DNA of 64,000 nucleotides from the human T2T-CHM13v2.0 reference genome, Homo sapiens: assembly GCF_009914755.1 (NCBI RefSeq), contig NC_060934.1. One strand, given 5' to 3'. The notes beneath the pieces are model-generated. The model was not told the origin of the DNA and ran no database searches. It saw only the letters and a list, made by a program, of their open reading frames with translations. Shown here one piece after another: positions 33,912 through 44,573 of this stretch. The translations under genes were made by a program, and so were the position numbers. The first letter of the stretch is position 1. Each line of letters opens with the position of its first letter.

Positions 33912-34367
33912 GCTGGGCCAGCAGCTTCAATCGCCTCCGCCACCCGCGCCCACCGCCCACCAAGCTGCCAAAGCGAGCTGAGCAGAATTCGAGGTTGGAA
34001 AGAATCTGCCAGTAGTTGCCAGGACAAATGACGCAACTGAACACAGAGTTTCCATTGGCTCTCAAGGAAGGGATAGGAAGGGGGCGGAGTGTAGGAGCCT
34101 TTTCCCGTCCCTCCCCGGTTGCGCGTGCGCACTGTGCAGTTTCCGCGGAGCGCAGAGACGCGCTGAAGCTACTCGCGGACTGCGCGTGAAGAAAGGCGGA
34201 ACCTTCACGCTGATTGGCGGCGACGCGGGAGGCTGTAGCGGCCGACCGGACGCAGGGGGCTGGCGGGAACGTGAAGCTCCGCGGTGCCTGATGGGGCCGT
34301 TGGGCGGCCGGTAGCTGTTGCTGTTGGGGGACCCCCTCATTCCTGCCGCTGCCGTCCCTGCTGCCTC

Positions 34368-34424
34368 ATGGCGGCCATCGGAGTTCACCTGGGCTGCACC
34401 TCAGCCTGTGTGGCCGTCTATAAG
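34368..34424 (+). CDS. HSPA14: HSPA14 (Hsp70L1, ribosome-associated complex Hsp70) coding exon 1, MAAIGVHLGCTSACVAVYK
   Basis: ATG 34368, divergent Hsp70 phosphate-1 motif, donor AAG|GTGAGG. Confidence 0.96.
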
Positions 34425-34649
34425 GTGAGGGGCTGCGGAGCTGGGCTAGGGCTTCATGACGGCCACCCGGTTTTCTGGCGCTGGGTCATCCACAGGCTTG
34501 AGAGCGGCGTGTCGCCGGCCTAGGGATGTCGTGGAGTGGCGTTGCCGCGAGGACACTCCGGAGCGAAGGGCCGGGCAGGCCCGGCCTCGCGCCTGGCGAT
34601 TCCTCCGGAAAGTCGTCTACTCCGCGGCGGAGGCTCGCGGCGATGTAGA

Positions 34650-34820
34650 CGCGCGGGGTCCCAGGGCGTCATGGCGGCGGGATGCCCGGAGGGGTCCCAG
34701 GGACGACGTAGCTGCAGGGTGCCCGGGGGGGTCCCGGAGACAGCGGGGCCGCTGGGTGTCCCGGGGGGTCCCGGGGACGGCGGGGCTGCGAGCATTTTGG
34801 GGGAGGTCACGGGGACGTCC
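34650..34820 (+). repeat. Degenerate ~37-bp GC-rich minisatellite (about 5 copies) in HSPA14 intron 1
   Basis: ggggtcccRgRga-like core recurring with its T at 34659, 34695, 34732, 34769, 34807. Confidence 0.7.
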
Positions 34821-35234
34821 TGGCCTCTGGATGCCGGAAGGGGTCTCGCTGACGTCAGGGCCTCAGGATTCCCGCGGGTGGGAGGTCCTGGGAAAGTTGT
34901 GGCCGCGAGGTACTTGGAGGCGGTGGTCTCTGGGACAGCAGGGCCGCAGAACGCGCTGAGCTGGGCCCGAACGTCTAGGTCCCGGAGGGGCGGGGAGGCT
35001 GCAGTCGAGCTGGGGCTGATGGTCCCGCAAAGCTGCCTGGCTGTGAAGCCAGTTGATGGTGCGTGGTCTACAGAGGTGGCCTTTCTGGAAGTGAGAGCCT
35101 GACAGGACTTGTGGCCTTTCTCTCATCAGTGGGGAGGCAGAAGAAACGATAATCATGAACTCCGTTGCCACTAGTCCCGCGTTTAAATGTCAAATGACTT
35201 GTTAGGAAAAGCCAAAGGGAATAATACTACTTCA

Positions 35235-35390
<156 letters not shown>

Positions 35391-35869
35391 TTAGCCGGGA
35401 ACGCCTGTAATCCCAGCTGCTCAGGAGGCTGAGGCATGAGAATGGCTTGAACCCGGGAGGCGGAAGTTGCAGTGAGCCGAGATCTGGCACTGCAGTCTGC
35501 ACTCCAGCCTGGGCCACGGAGCAAGACTCCGTGTCCAAAAAAAAAAAAAAAAGAAATGGTAATGGTAAGAAGGAAGAGAGGTAGGAAAGGTAACGTAATA
35601 ATAGCCTTCGTTTTGTGTGTAGAAAGGTTGTTATTACTTTTGATTCAATTGTTGACTTTGCAGAGCAGACTGAAAACATGAGGCAGTTCTTCATGGAATT
35701 ATAGGCTTTCTATGAAAACGAGGAAATTAAATGGTAATTAAATTTGCAAGTTTAAAATATTGAGATAGCAGTTTTTCTTTCCACACAGATGGCAAAGTAA
35801 CACTGGTGCACAAATGCACACGTCTGAATACGTCTAATGAGACTATGTATTTCGTGTTTTTTTCTCTAG

Positions 35870-35950
35870 GATGGCCGGGCTGGTGTGGTTGCAAATGATG
35901 CCGGTGACCGAGTTACTCCAGCTGTTGTTGCTTACTCAGAAAATGAAGAG
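35870..35950 (+). CDS. HSPA14: HSPA14 exon 2 ([27 protein letters not shown])
   Basis: TAG/GT borders, 81 nt, Hsp70 ANDxGxRxTP motif. Confidence 0.96.
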
Positions 35951-36039
35951 GTACTAGTCCCCCCATTTTTGTACTTCTGAAATAATTTAAAATTACATAC
36001 ATTGTAATATATATATATATATATTATTTTTTTTTTCAG

Positions 36040-36122
36040 ATTGTTGGATTGGCAGCAAAACAAAGTAGAATAAGAAATATTTCAAATACAGTAATGAAAG
36101 TAAAGCAGATCCTGGGCAGAAG
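36040..36122 (+). CDS. HSPA14: HSPA14 exon 3 ([27 protein letters not shown])
   Basis: CAG/GT borders, 83 nt, ends phase 2. Confidence 0.96.
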
Positions 36123-38098
36123 GTATGGAATCAAATGATACTTTTAAATATGGTAATAGGAACATGTTCATAAATTCTAAGCATAATGTGAAAAGAAATT
36201 AGAAACAGCATAGTTTGTTTCTTCATTGCTTTTTATGACTGAGTCATTACAGAGAGTACCCCCAGTAGGCAGTGTCTTTTGATTCTTAGTGTTGGATCTT
36301 CTCTGATATGGGATTCACTCAGATGTTAGTTTCTTGCTGACAGGTCAATTTGGTAATTTGCGTCAGAGGTGGTAATTTGGATTGTTCACATTTTTAGATT
36401 TTTTTTAACTGAGAGGATTTCAAAGATTTTGTGGGAATTTGAAGACTTATTGACAATGTGGTTGAATTTTGCTGAATCTATTACAATTTTTCGTAATTTA
36501 TGTAGACACTATTGATTTTCTTCCTCAGGATCTTTTGTGACACTTTCTGGGAACGAACTTTTCCACTTGACTTACAAATTTAATCATTAGAGTAACAGCT
36601 AAATTAACGTCTTATGTAAGAATCAGATTAATCATCTGTTGTAAGTTTAATTAGAAGATTAAAACAGGCTTGCTTCCCCAGACTTCTGTCTCCTCAAATT
36701 ATAGATTGCTATAATAATTAGGGGTTTTCATTTTCACTACTGTAGTAATACTTGATAGAGTGTTTTTAAATTTTCAAAGTGCTTTCACATCTATTATTTT
36801 ATTTAATTCTCTCAACATCCTTGTAAAATTGGCAACGCAAATACTATCATTCCCCATTTATAGATGAGAAAATCAAGGTACAAAGAAATTGTGGCATTAT
36901 CCTAGGGGGTAAACTGGGTAAGACTGCAGATCAGGTCTCCTCACCCTCGGCCCCAGGTTCTTTTCTTTCAACTTTGTTTAGTGAGAATTTAAGTAAAAAT
37001 GTCCTGGTGTTGATTTAGAATTGGATATTATAGATTAAATTTATGCAGGTATCTCTTACCTGTTTATCTTATTTTCTGTCTCTTACCTGTGTTCAATTAA
37101 ATTGAACTTGATATTAATCTTTTTCCTCAGGATACTTATGCACTAAGCCAAAAACTATAGTTGTTTGGAGAGAATTCAATATTCAGTGACAATAAATACA
37201 TCCCCATATCCTTTTACCTATTGATAAAACTTAGTACCGAGCATATTAAATATAAGTTGGTGTCAAATATTTTCAGATCATAAAGTCTAGAAAAAAGAAT
37301 CGTAGATGGGTCTTCAAGCCCAAATCACTGAGCAGCCAACAATATGATTTTTTTAATTAAACTTTTTATTTAGAGAGAATTGCAGTTTCCCATGCTGCTG
37401 TGTAAGAAATAATACAGAGACATCAAACACATTGCTGGATTCACCACCTCTCCCCGTGGTTATATCTTGCAAAATTATAGTACAGTGTCACAACCAAGAT
37501 GCTCACATCGATATAGTCCAGATACAGAACATTTCCATAGATCTCTCCCCTGGTAGCCAACAATATGTTACTGTTTGTTTTATGCTGCTGTTTGAGGGCA
37601 CATGGTTAGAGTAATTATGTGGCTTTCTTCTGCCATATTGTGCAAAAAAAAAATTTGTATTAGCAGAGCAACTTAAACTCACTTTTCTGGCCCACACTGA
37701 CAGTCAGATGGGTAACACAGAGCCACAGCGTGCTGTGATTAGTAAAGACTGAGCATCTTTCAGATTGCTATACCGTGGTCATGCTTGGACTCCTTTAGCG
37801 TTAGCTGCCTCATGGTCCAGGTGATTTTCCCTCCCAGCCCATCTACTCACCAGACAAGGGTGATTTTTACAGATCCATTGTTGTACCAACTCTCAGCCAT
37901 GAAAGCATTTGGCCTTTTTGTTACCAAGCCATTAGGTTCTTGGTGCCGTGTCTACCCTGGGTGAACTCCCAAAGTTGGGCTATCTCAGTCTTGGCCTCAT
38001 GCCTGTTTATGACCTACTCACAGGTAGCACCACTTAACTTGCTGCCAAAATTATCCTTACACCCTTCCTGTAACTCTCATTCCCCTGTGGCCTTCCAG

Positions 38099-38144
38099 CC
38101 AGAAATGCGGTCCTTGGACCTGGCTTCTCAGCAATTATCCCTGA
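38099..38144 (+). CDS. HSPA14: Alternative coding end of a short 88-aa HSPA14 isoform (...ILGR-SQKCGPWTWLLSNYP*) at the 5' end of the MSANTD7 exon
   Basis: Pyrimidine-rich acceptor ...cccctgtggccttccag|c at 38098; phase-2 join with exon 3; TGA 38142-38144; matches my recollection of an annotated short isoform (not verified here). Confidence 0.7.
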
Positions 38145-38249
38145 GAGGGAAGATCCTGGAGATATCCTGAGAGCACACAGAGCTTCCCCACACCTTCAGA
38201 CTTGCACCTTGCTGTCCAGAAGCTGCCTAGCCCTCCTTTCCAACCCACA

Positions 38250-38811
38250 ATGGCCAGTGCCAATAGCAGTGCGGGCATCCGGTGGTCCAGACAGGAGACA
38301 CGAACTCTTCTCTCCATACTAGGCGAGGCAGAGTATATTCAGCGCCTCCAGACTGTGCATCACAATGCAGATGTCTATCAGGCTGTGTCTAAGCGAATGC
38401 AGCAGGAGGGCTTCCGCCGCACCGAACGTCAGTGCCGCTCCAAGTTTAAAGTTCTGAAGGCATTATATTTAAAGGCCTATGTTGCCCATGCCACAAGTAT
38501 GGGTGAGCCACCACACTGTCCATTTTATGATACGTTGGATCAGCTTCTCCGAAATCAGATAGTGACTGACCCAGACAACTTAATGGAGGATGCTGCTTGG
38601 GCCAAGCACTGTGATCAGAACTTAGTGGCCTCTGACGCCCCAGGGGAAGAGGGAACCGGCATTCTAAAATCAAAAAGGACTCAGGCAGCTGATCATCAGC
38701 CTATCTTGAAAACAGTTAAGGCATCAGATGAGGATTGTCAGCTAAGAATCAGTGACCGGATACGAGAAACCAGTGACCTTGAGGACTCCTGGGATGAATC
38801 CTCGGGTGCAG
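38250..38811 (+). CDS. MSANTD7: MSANTD7 coding exon A: Myb/SANT-like (trihelix-type) DNA-binding domain plus acidic linker
   Basis: Strong Kozak acaATGG; WSRQETRTLL...ERQCRSKFKVLKALY...CPFYDTLDQLL signature; donor GCAG|GTAACT; 562 nt. Confidence 0.88.
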
Positions 38812-39335
38812 GTAACTCCCAAGCATGTGAAGGAGTTGGGTCCCAGAGTCTTGTGGCTCTAAACATTTAGCTGTGTCTGTTTGGATAGTGTCCTCTTCAG
38901 CATAGTTCCTGTTTCTGCCTCATTCTGCCCCACGCACCTTTTCAAAAACCTAATAGTAAGCTAAAGGGTTCCAGGTTTTCAAAAGCTATGCCCCTGGCAA
39001 CATAAGGTATTAGAACCCTTTAAACCTAGAAGTGCTCTCTAGAACCAAACTAGTTCTGGCATTATTAATAACTGGTAGTCAGGAAATTGTAGGTCTAGAG
39101 TGGGTTGGATAGCTATGTACAAAGGGGTTCAGGAAGGCAAGGGAGAAGTTTTAGAGGTGAAATCAAACAGGTCACAATTGTCCAGATTAAGGAAATGGAT
39201 TCTTCCCAGTCCCTGGTGGAAAGAGGCTTTCCAGGAACAACCATAGTTTTATAATTTGTCTCAGCTCTGCTGCTGGCTCCAAGCATTCCCTTAGCAGGAA
39301 TGTTCTCTTTGCAACATTGTTGCTTTGTTTTTCAG

Positions 39336-39859
39336 GGTGCTCTCAAGGGACCCCCAGCTACAGCAGCTCCCACAGCCTTTTCAGAGGTGCAGTTGCTCCC
39401 TGTCAGAGCAGCCCCATGGCCAGACTGGGTGTGTCCGGGGAGCCCAGCCCCTGCACCAGCACCAACCGCAGCACTCCTGGGGTAGCCTCCACACCGCAGA
39501 CTCCAGTCTCCTCTTCGAGAGCTGGTTTTGTTTCTGGTGGGGATAGGCCCTTGACCAGTGAGCCCCCTCCAAGGTGGGCAAGGCGAAGAAGGCGGTCAGT
39601 GGCCAGGACTATCGCAGCCGAGTTGGCAGAAAACAGGCGATTGGCACGAGAACTCTCAAAGCGGGAGGAAGAAAAACTGGACAGGCTGATTGCTATTGGT
39701 GAGGAGGCCAGTGCTCAGCAAGATACTGCCAATGAGCTCCGCAGGGATGCTGTCATCGCAGTCAGACGTTTGGCAACAGCAGTGGAAGAGGCAACTGGTG
39801 CTTTTCAGCTAGGCCTTGAAAAATTGCTTCAGAGGTTGATTTCGAATACCAAAAGCTAG
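39336..39859 (+). CDS. MSANTD7: MSANTD7 coding exon B: Ser/Pro-rich linker, basic RWARRRRRS, C-terminal coiled coil, stop
   Basis: ttgtttttcag acceptor; phase-1 join keeps frame; 562+524 nt = 361 aa + TAG. Confidence 0.88.
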
Positions 39860-40089
39860 GAACCAATTACAAAAGGCTCTGCTTCCTAAACTGGTAGAAG
39901 TCTAGTTCCCAAACCTGCCTTCTGAATCCCTGGCTCCTTTTCTGTGTCCTCAGAAAAAAACATGGATGAACCATTTATATCCAGATAGTATGAAAATAAT
40001 TGCTAGTTCATTTTCCCAAGATTCTCCACCAAATGGAAGACCTTTCAGAAATGCCAGGGGTGACCTAATAGAAAACGATGGAGCCACGT

Positions 40090-40270
40090 TCTAGACAGCT
40101 GGTTCATCCTAGCTTTGTCACAGATGTGAAGCAGTTTACCTCCCTCCAGTGGTTTCCTCATCCGTAAAATGGGGATCAATAATAACTCCTGCCCTGCCTA
40201 CCTCACAGGGTTGTTGTGAGGATCACGTAGTTCATAGATGTGAAAGGGTTTAAAAGTTTAAAAGCACTGT
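40090..40270 (+). mobile_element. MIR in the MSANTD7 3'UTR
   Basis: gtttcctcatccgtaaaatggggat...acctcacagggttgttgtgaggat core. Confidence 0.75.
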
Positions 40271-42941
40271 ACACATTTAAGTTATTAATTCATATGGCCT
40301 TGGCTGAGGTAAGGCAGATTGGTTTACAAGATACAGAAGTATGGATATATACTGTGACTTCATTGCTTGAATCTTTCCTTTGCTGGTCTAACTTGACTGC
40401 TTCATGGAGTTTGAAATCTTAATTTTTAAAATCCCTGTGTGGCTCATTAGACGACTATAAGCACAACCTGTATTTGTACCTTAATCTCTTACATTTCCAC
40501 TGCTGTGTATCTGACATATCTACTAGTAAGCACTGTTTTGTCAAACCGTCTTTCTCTCCTTCATTTTACTGGTTCTTAGTCTCCTATCAATATAAGGAAA
40601 TAAGAAGTGCCAGGGAGCCGCCATTGTGTGTTACGGTTTATATCGATAATCTTCAATATAAAATACTGGCCATTTTATAAAATATTAAATATATGTAAAT
40701 TCTTTGCATTTCATATTATTTGGGTCCCTTTATATGCCTAAATTACATCTTTAAGTTTCGGTTGCCATTGGAACATTGTGGAAACAATTCAGATTATATC
40801 AGTTTCCCATCCGCTTTTTAGCTGATTTCATTCTTTTCTGTTATTTTTTTGTCTAGTATGTTATACAGGGCAAGCCCTAGAAACGTTTCCTTTTGAGGAG
40901 CTTTCCAAGATTCCTTTTCCTCAGATGTTGTAGACAGAAGTTTATGTAGTTAATGGCATCTGGTGGAAGAGAACAGCTTTGTTTCCTCTTTAACTTTGGG
41001 AACACTAGAGGATGGTGTGGATAAAGATTGCCTGCAATAGATGACTCCTTTTAAGCACTAGCCGTGAACAGATGAGCCTCCTCCACACCCCAGACACACA
41101 CTGGGGAGAGATGAAGGTGATAAGCCACACTTCCGATTTACTCTAGAAGGGAAGACATTACTCTCTGTCATTAAACTAACTTAAAGCTTTTAGTGATTTA
41201 CTTAGTACTTTTAGGAATACAAATAGGAATCTTTAGGATTTAAAAAGTTTTCCAATAATCTAGAAGTTGGAAAAATAACAAAGAGTGGGCATGTTGGGGG
41301 AGGTTTTATTTTCTATCTTGCAGGCTCGAGTGCTTAGCTAAATGCTGGAAATGGACATAGGTGGAGAAATGGTCAGAGCAGCAGTGGGAGCGTACCCAGA
41401 ACCATGAGTAGACGGCAAGCGAGCTGCTCTGCCAAGCCAGGGATGGAGGTGTGAGGCGGCTGGTGTGGTAGAATATGTTGGAATCTAGTTAGAATTCCTG
41501 GATTGGAATCCTGTCACAGTTTGTTTCATCAGACAAATCACTTGCCCTTTTCTATTATTATTATTTTTTTTTTTTTGAGAAAAAGTCTCACTGTTTTGCC
41601 CAGGCTGGGGTGCAGTGGTGCAATCTTGGCTCACTGCAACCTCAGCCTCCCGAGTAGCCGGGATTACAGGTGCATGCCAACATGCCCAACTCATTTTTGT
41701 ATTTTTAGTAGAGACGGGGTTTCACCATGTTGGCCAGGCTAGTCTTGAACTCCTGACCTCAGGTGATCCACCTGCCTCGGCCTCCCAAAGTGCTGAGATT
41801 ACAGGCGTGAGCCACCGTGCCCAGCCAATTCATGCCTCAATTTCTTTATCTCCGGATTGAGGGATTTGTATTAGATTTTTTTTTTCCTAGTACCTTCCAG
41901 CTCTAAAAAAATTTGAAATAGCATAATAAAAGACAAAATGAAAACGAAATTTTAATTGTAATATTTTCTGTCACAGCAGCATATGTATATTTGAAATACT
42001 GGTAACAATTTTAAGGTAGCATTCTGTGGTATTAATATTTATTAATATGCTCATGAACTTCTAAGTGCCACACCAGACATATAGACTCTTTACTTTAAAA
42101 GAGCATATATTTAAGGCATTGAAATGGATACAGCTATATTCATTCTCAATTGTCTTAGGCTATTATATGGAAAGATATGTGTCAATTATAGGTAGGTAGG
42201 TAGGTAGGTAGATTTTCTGGAAACACAGAAGTACTTGACGGAGAGTTAGGCCTGTATTCTATAAATCTATTAATGGTAGCAAAGTGCATAAGACAGGGAT
42301 TTCTTTGAGATGAAAGGAGTGCTGAAGAAGAGCATTGGAATTAATATTTGGATGTGGTATTGTGAAATTCAATGGGTAAAGTAACCCTAATGTGGGAATA
42401 AAAGTCAAGGGAAAGGTCTTGAATAAGTACACAGAAAAATAGGCTAAAAATATTAAGGGGAGGGAAATTGGAATACAGGGAGACAGTGTGCAAGAAAGCA
42501 AGCCAGGAATCTGCCTATGTGGTAGACCCAACCATTACTACTTGAACCCCCTTAGAAAAGCTTTTCCAGCATTCCATAACTCAGGTTCCTCATTTATAAA
42601 GTGGGAAACTCATAATTGTCCTACCTACCTCACAGGGGTGTTGTGAGGATCAAAGGAACAGATGAATGTATGAGCACTTTCAGACATGTAAGGCACTGTC
42701 ATGTAACAAGTAGGGGAAAGACTCTGGAGCACATTAGTGCTGGTGTGTGCCAAGCCCGTGGGCTGTTGACCGTAAGGGATATTCAAGTAGGAGGAGGAAG
42801 AGAAGATGGCATTGCTAATAAAGGTTGTGATACACAACCATAGGATTAACTGCCTCCTCAAGTCCATCATGTAAATAAGGTGCTATGTATACCAACTTCT
42901 CACCACCTTTGTTTTTCTGTTCGGTAATCCTGGTGTGGACA

Positions 42942-42947
42942 AATAAA
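42942..42947 (+). terminator. Probable polyadenylation signal of the MSANTD7 / short-HSPA14 transcript
   Basis: AATAAA followed by a GT/T-rich tract (tgtatgtagttgtgg...tttgtgatgatgtctgtggtcctttgttg); other AATAAA at 41925, 42397, 42817. Confidence 0.6.
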
Positions 42948-44573
42948 GTTTTCACTTGTATGTAGTTGTGGGTCAGTCCACTACTTTGTGATGATGTCTG
43001 TGGTCCTTTGTTGCCTCCATTCTCTGCTTTGCTTTCTCCTCTGCTAAGGGTCTTGCATGTCTGCAGCCCTCGGAGCTATATGTGCTTTCTGTCTTCAGAG
43101 GAGAGCGGCCCTCTTTATAAAGCAGTTGAGAAATAATTTTCCATTTCTTAAGAGTTCTGTAAATTCTGTAAAATATCCTTCCTGGCAAATTCTCTTGTCT
43201 GGGTGGTAGACAACCTACGCACAACAGTATAAATTGTTCTGGTTGACTTAAATTCTAAAGAAAACAGAACTAGTAAGTGTCATGCTGAAATTCTAATATT
43301 GGTGCAAAACCCGCTATGAGCACACTTTATCTATTTTTCCTATTCTTAAAGTGTTTGGGATATAGTTAATATTAAATACTGAGTTTAGGAAAAGGAAGAA
43401 GCAAAGAGTTTAATGGAAAGAATACTAAACTTTGTATTGAAGTTCTGAATGCCAGCCAGTTATGCCATTGATTAGCTGTGTGACTTTGGGCAAGCTACTT
43501 ACCTCTTGTCCTATTGATATTTTAGGTGACAGAGAAGGAAGTATGAGGAACCTGCAAGTATTCCAGAGTTCTAAGCCAAATTAGTCCATTTTAAACCCCG
43601 TTTGTCTGCCTCTTAACAAGTTAAGGTCTCCAGATGCTCTAACCCTTCAGCAATTAGCCACTATTAATTTTCAACTTCTCTTATTAAACAAATAGAATAG
43701 TCACAGCTCCTTGGAAGAAGGGTTTAATGAAAGGATACTAGTCTATTTTATCTTAATTTCTAGATGACATTAAGCCAAGAATCAGAGATTTCTATCCCGC
43801 TCAAGGGACAGAAGAACTGTGATCATTTACAAGATGAGTGGGAGGCAGCCTGCTAAAGTATGAATAATAGTAGCGTGATAGAGAAGACCTAGGCTCACGT
43901 ACTGACTCTGCCCCTTGTTAGCTTATAAGTTATTGTCCCTCTCTGAAGCTCTTTATCTCTAAAATAATACCTGCCAAACACACCCCACTTAGGTGTTGTG
44001 AGGATAACGTGAGATAATGTACGTGAAAACATTTTGTAGTCTGCATAAGTTGCTTATATCTGTATATATATGCATATGCATAGTACTCTGCACCTTTCTA
44101 TAAACAACATTCATAGTTTTGCTCAACCTTTTGGTTTCTGGAGTTGGTGTGTGTTCAGAAACCAAGCAACGAAGATGGTCTTAGCTAGTTTGGTTTGCCT
44201 TTAGTTTGCAACTTTCTCATCTCAGTGGTTGGGTCTTCAGAATCATAGGTGTGAAACTATGATACAAAATCATGGATATTATGAAAAGTCACCTCAAAAT
44301 ATATAGCACCTATTAATAGCACAGCCAGAACAAGAAAGCTATTTATTTTCAAATGCAAAGATCAGTACTTTAGTAGAATTACTATAACCCTTATAAATAC
44401 TCCATTTCTATCTTCTGTAATATTTGAAGACTTTTAGTATTAAGCAGCTTAATAACTTTGTTAATATTTTAGTATTTGTTCAGTGATATTGTGAAATACA
44501 GTCTTCTCTAAACTTTATATATCTACAATACTGATTTTAATACTTAGCTATCTTTATCTTTCTTTATGGACAG

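Larger units (their letters stand above)
33590..35100. promoter_or_regulatory. CpG island / bidirectional promoter for CDNF (-) and HSPA14/MSANTD7 (+)
   Basis: High GC and CpG density; GC box GGGGCGGAG 34081; NRF1-like TGCGCGTGCGCA 34120-34131; inverted CCAAT (ATTGG) 34054 and 34213; TGACGCAA 34029; CRE TGACGTCA 34850; no TATA seen. Confidence 0.9.

Noticed and set aside
33980-34320. Heat-shock element or ERSE/ERSE-II in the shared promoter
   Set aside because: No triple nGAAn inverted array and no CCAAT-N9-CCACG or ATTGG-N-CCACG spacing seen.
33357-35171. Long ORFs (224, 188, 167, 108 aa) across the CpG island
   Set aside because: Expected in GC-rich sequence; low-complexity Arg/Gly/Pro content; only the CDNF and HSPA14 exon 1 portions are supported.
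37873-38170. Upstream acceptor at 37872 giving a longer open frame ending at 38170
   Set aside because: Shorter pyrimidine tract, frame differs from MSANTD7, peptide unrecognisable; no support without RNA data.
38142-38190. Selenocysteine or hairpin-stimulated recoding of the UGA (GGGAAG 38147-52 could pair with CTTCCC 38183-88)
   Set aside because: The stem starts only 2 nt after the stop and is short; I could not identify a SECIS in the 3'UTR by eye. A SECIS search is needed before any claim.
38202-38249. ORF-track start of MSANTD7 at 38202
   Set aside because: The codon is TTG; the first ATG with strong Kozak context is 38250. The open upstream frame is treated under the read-through finding.
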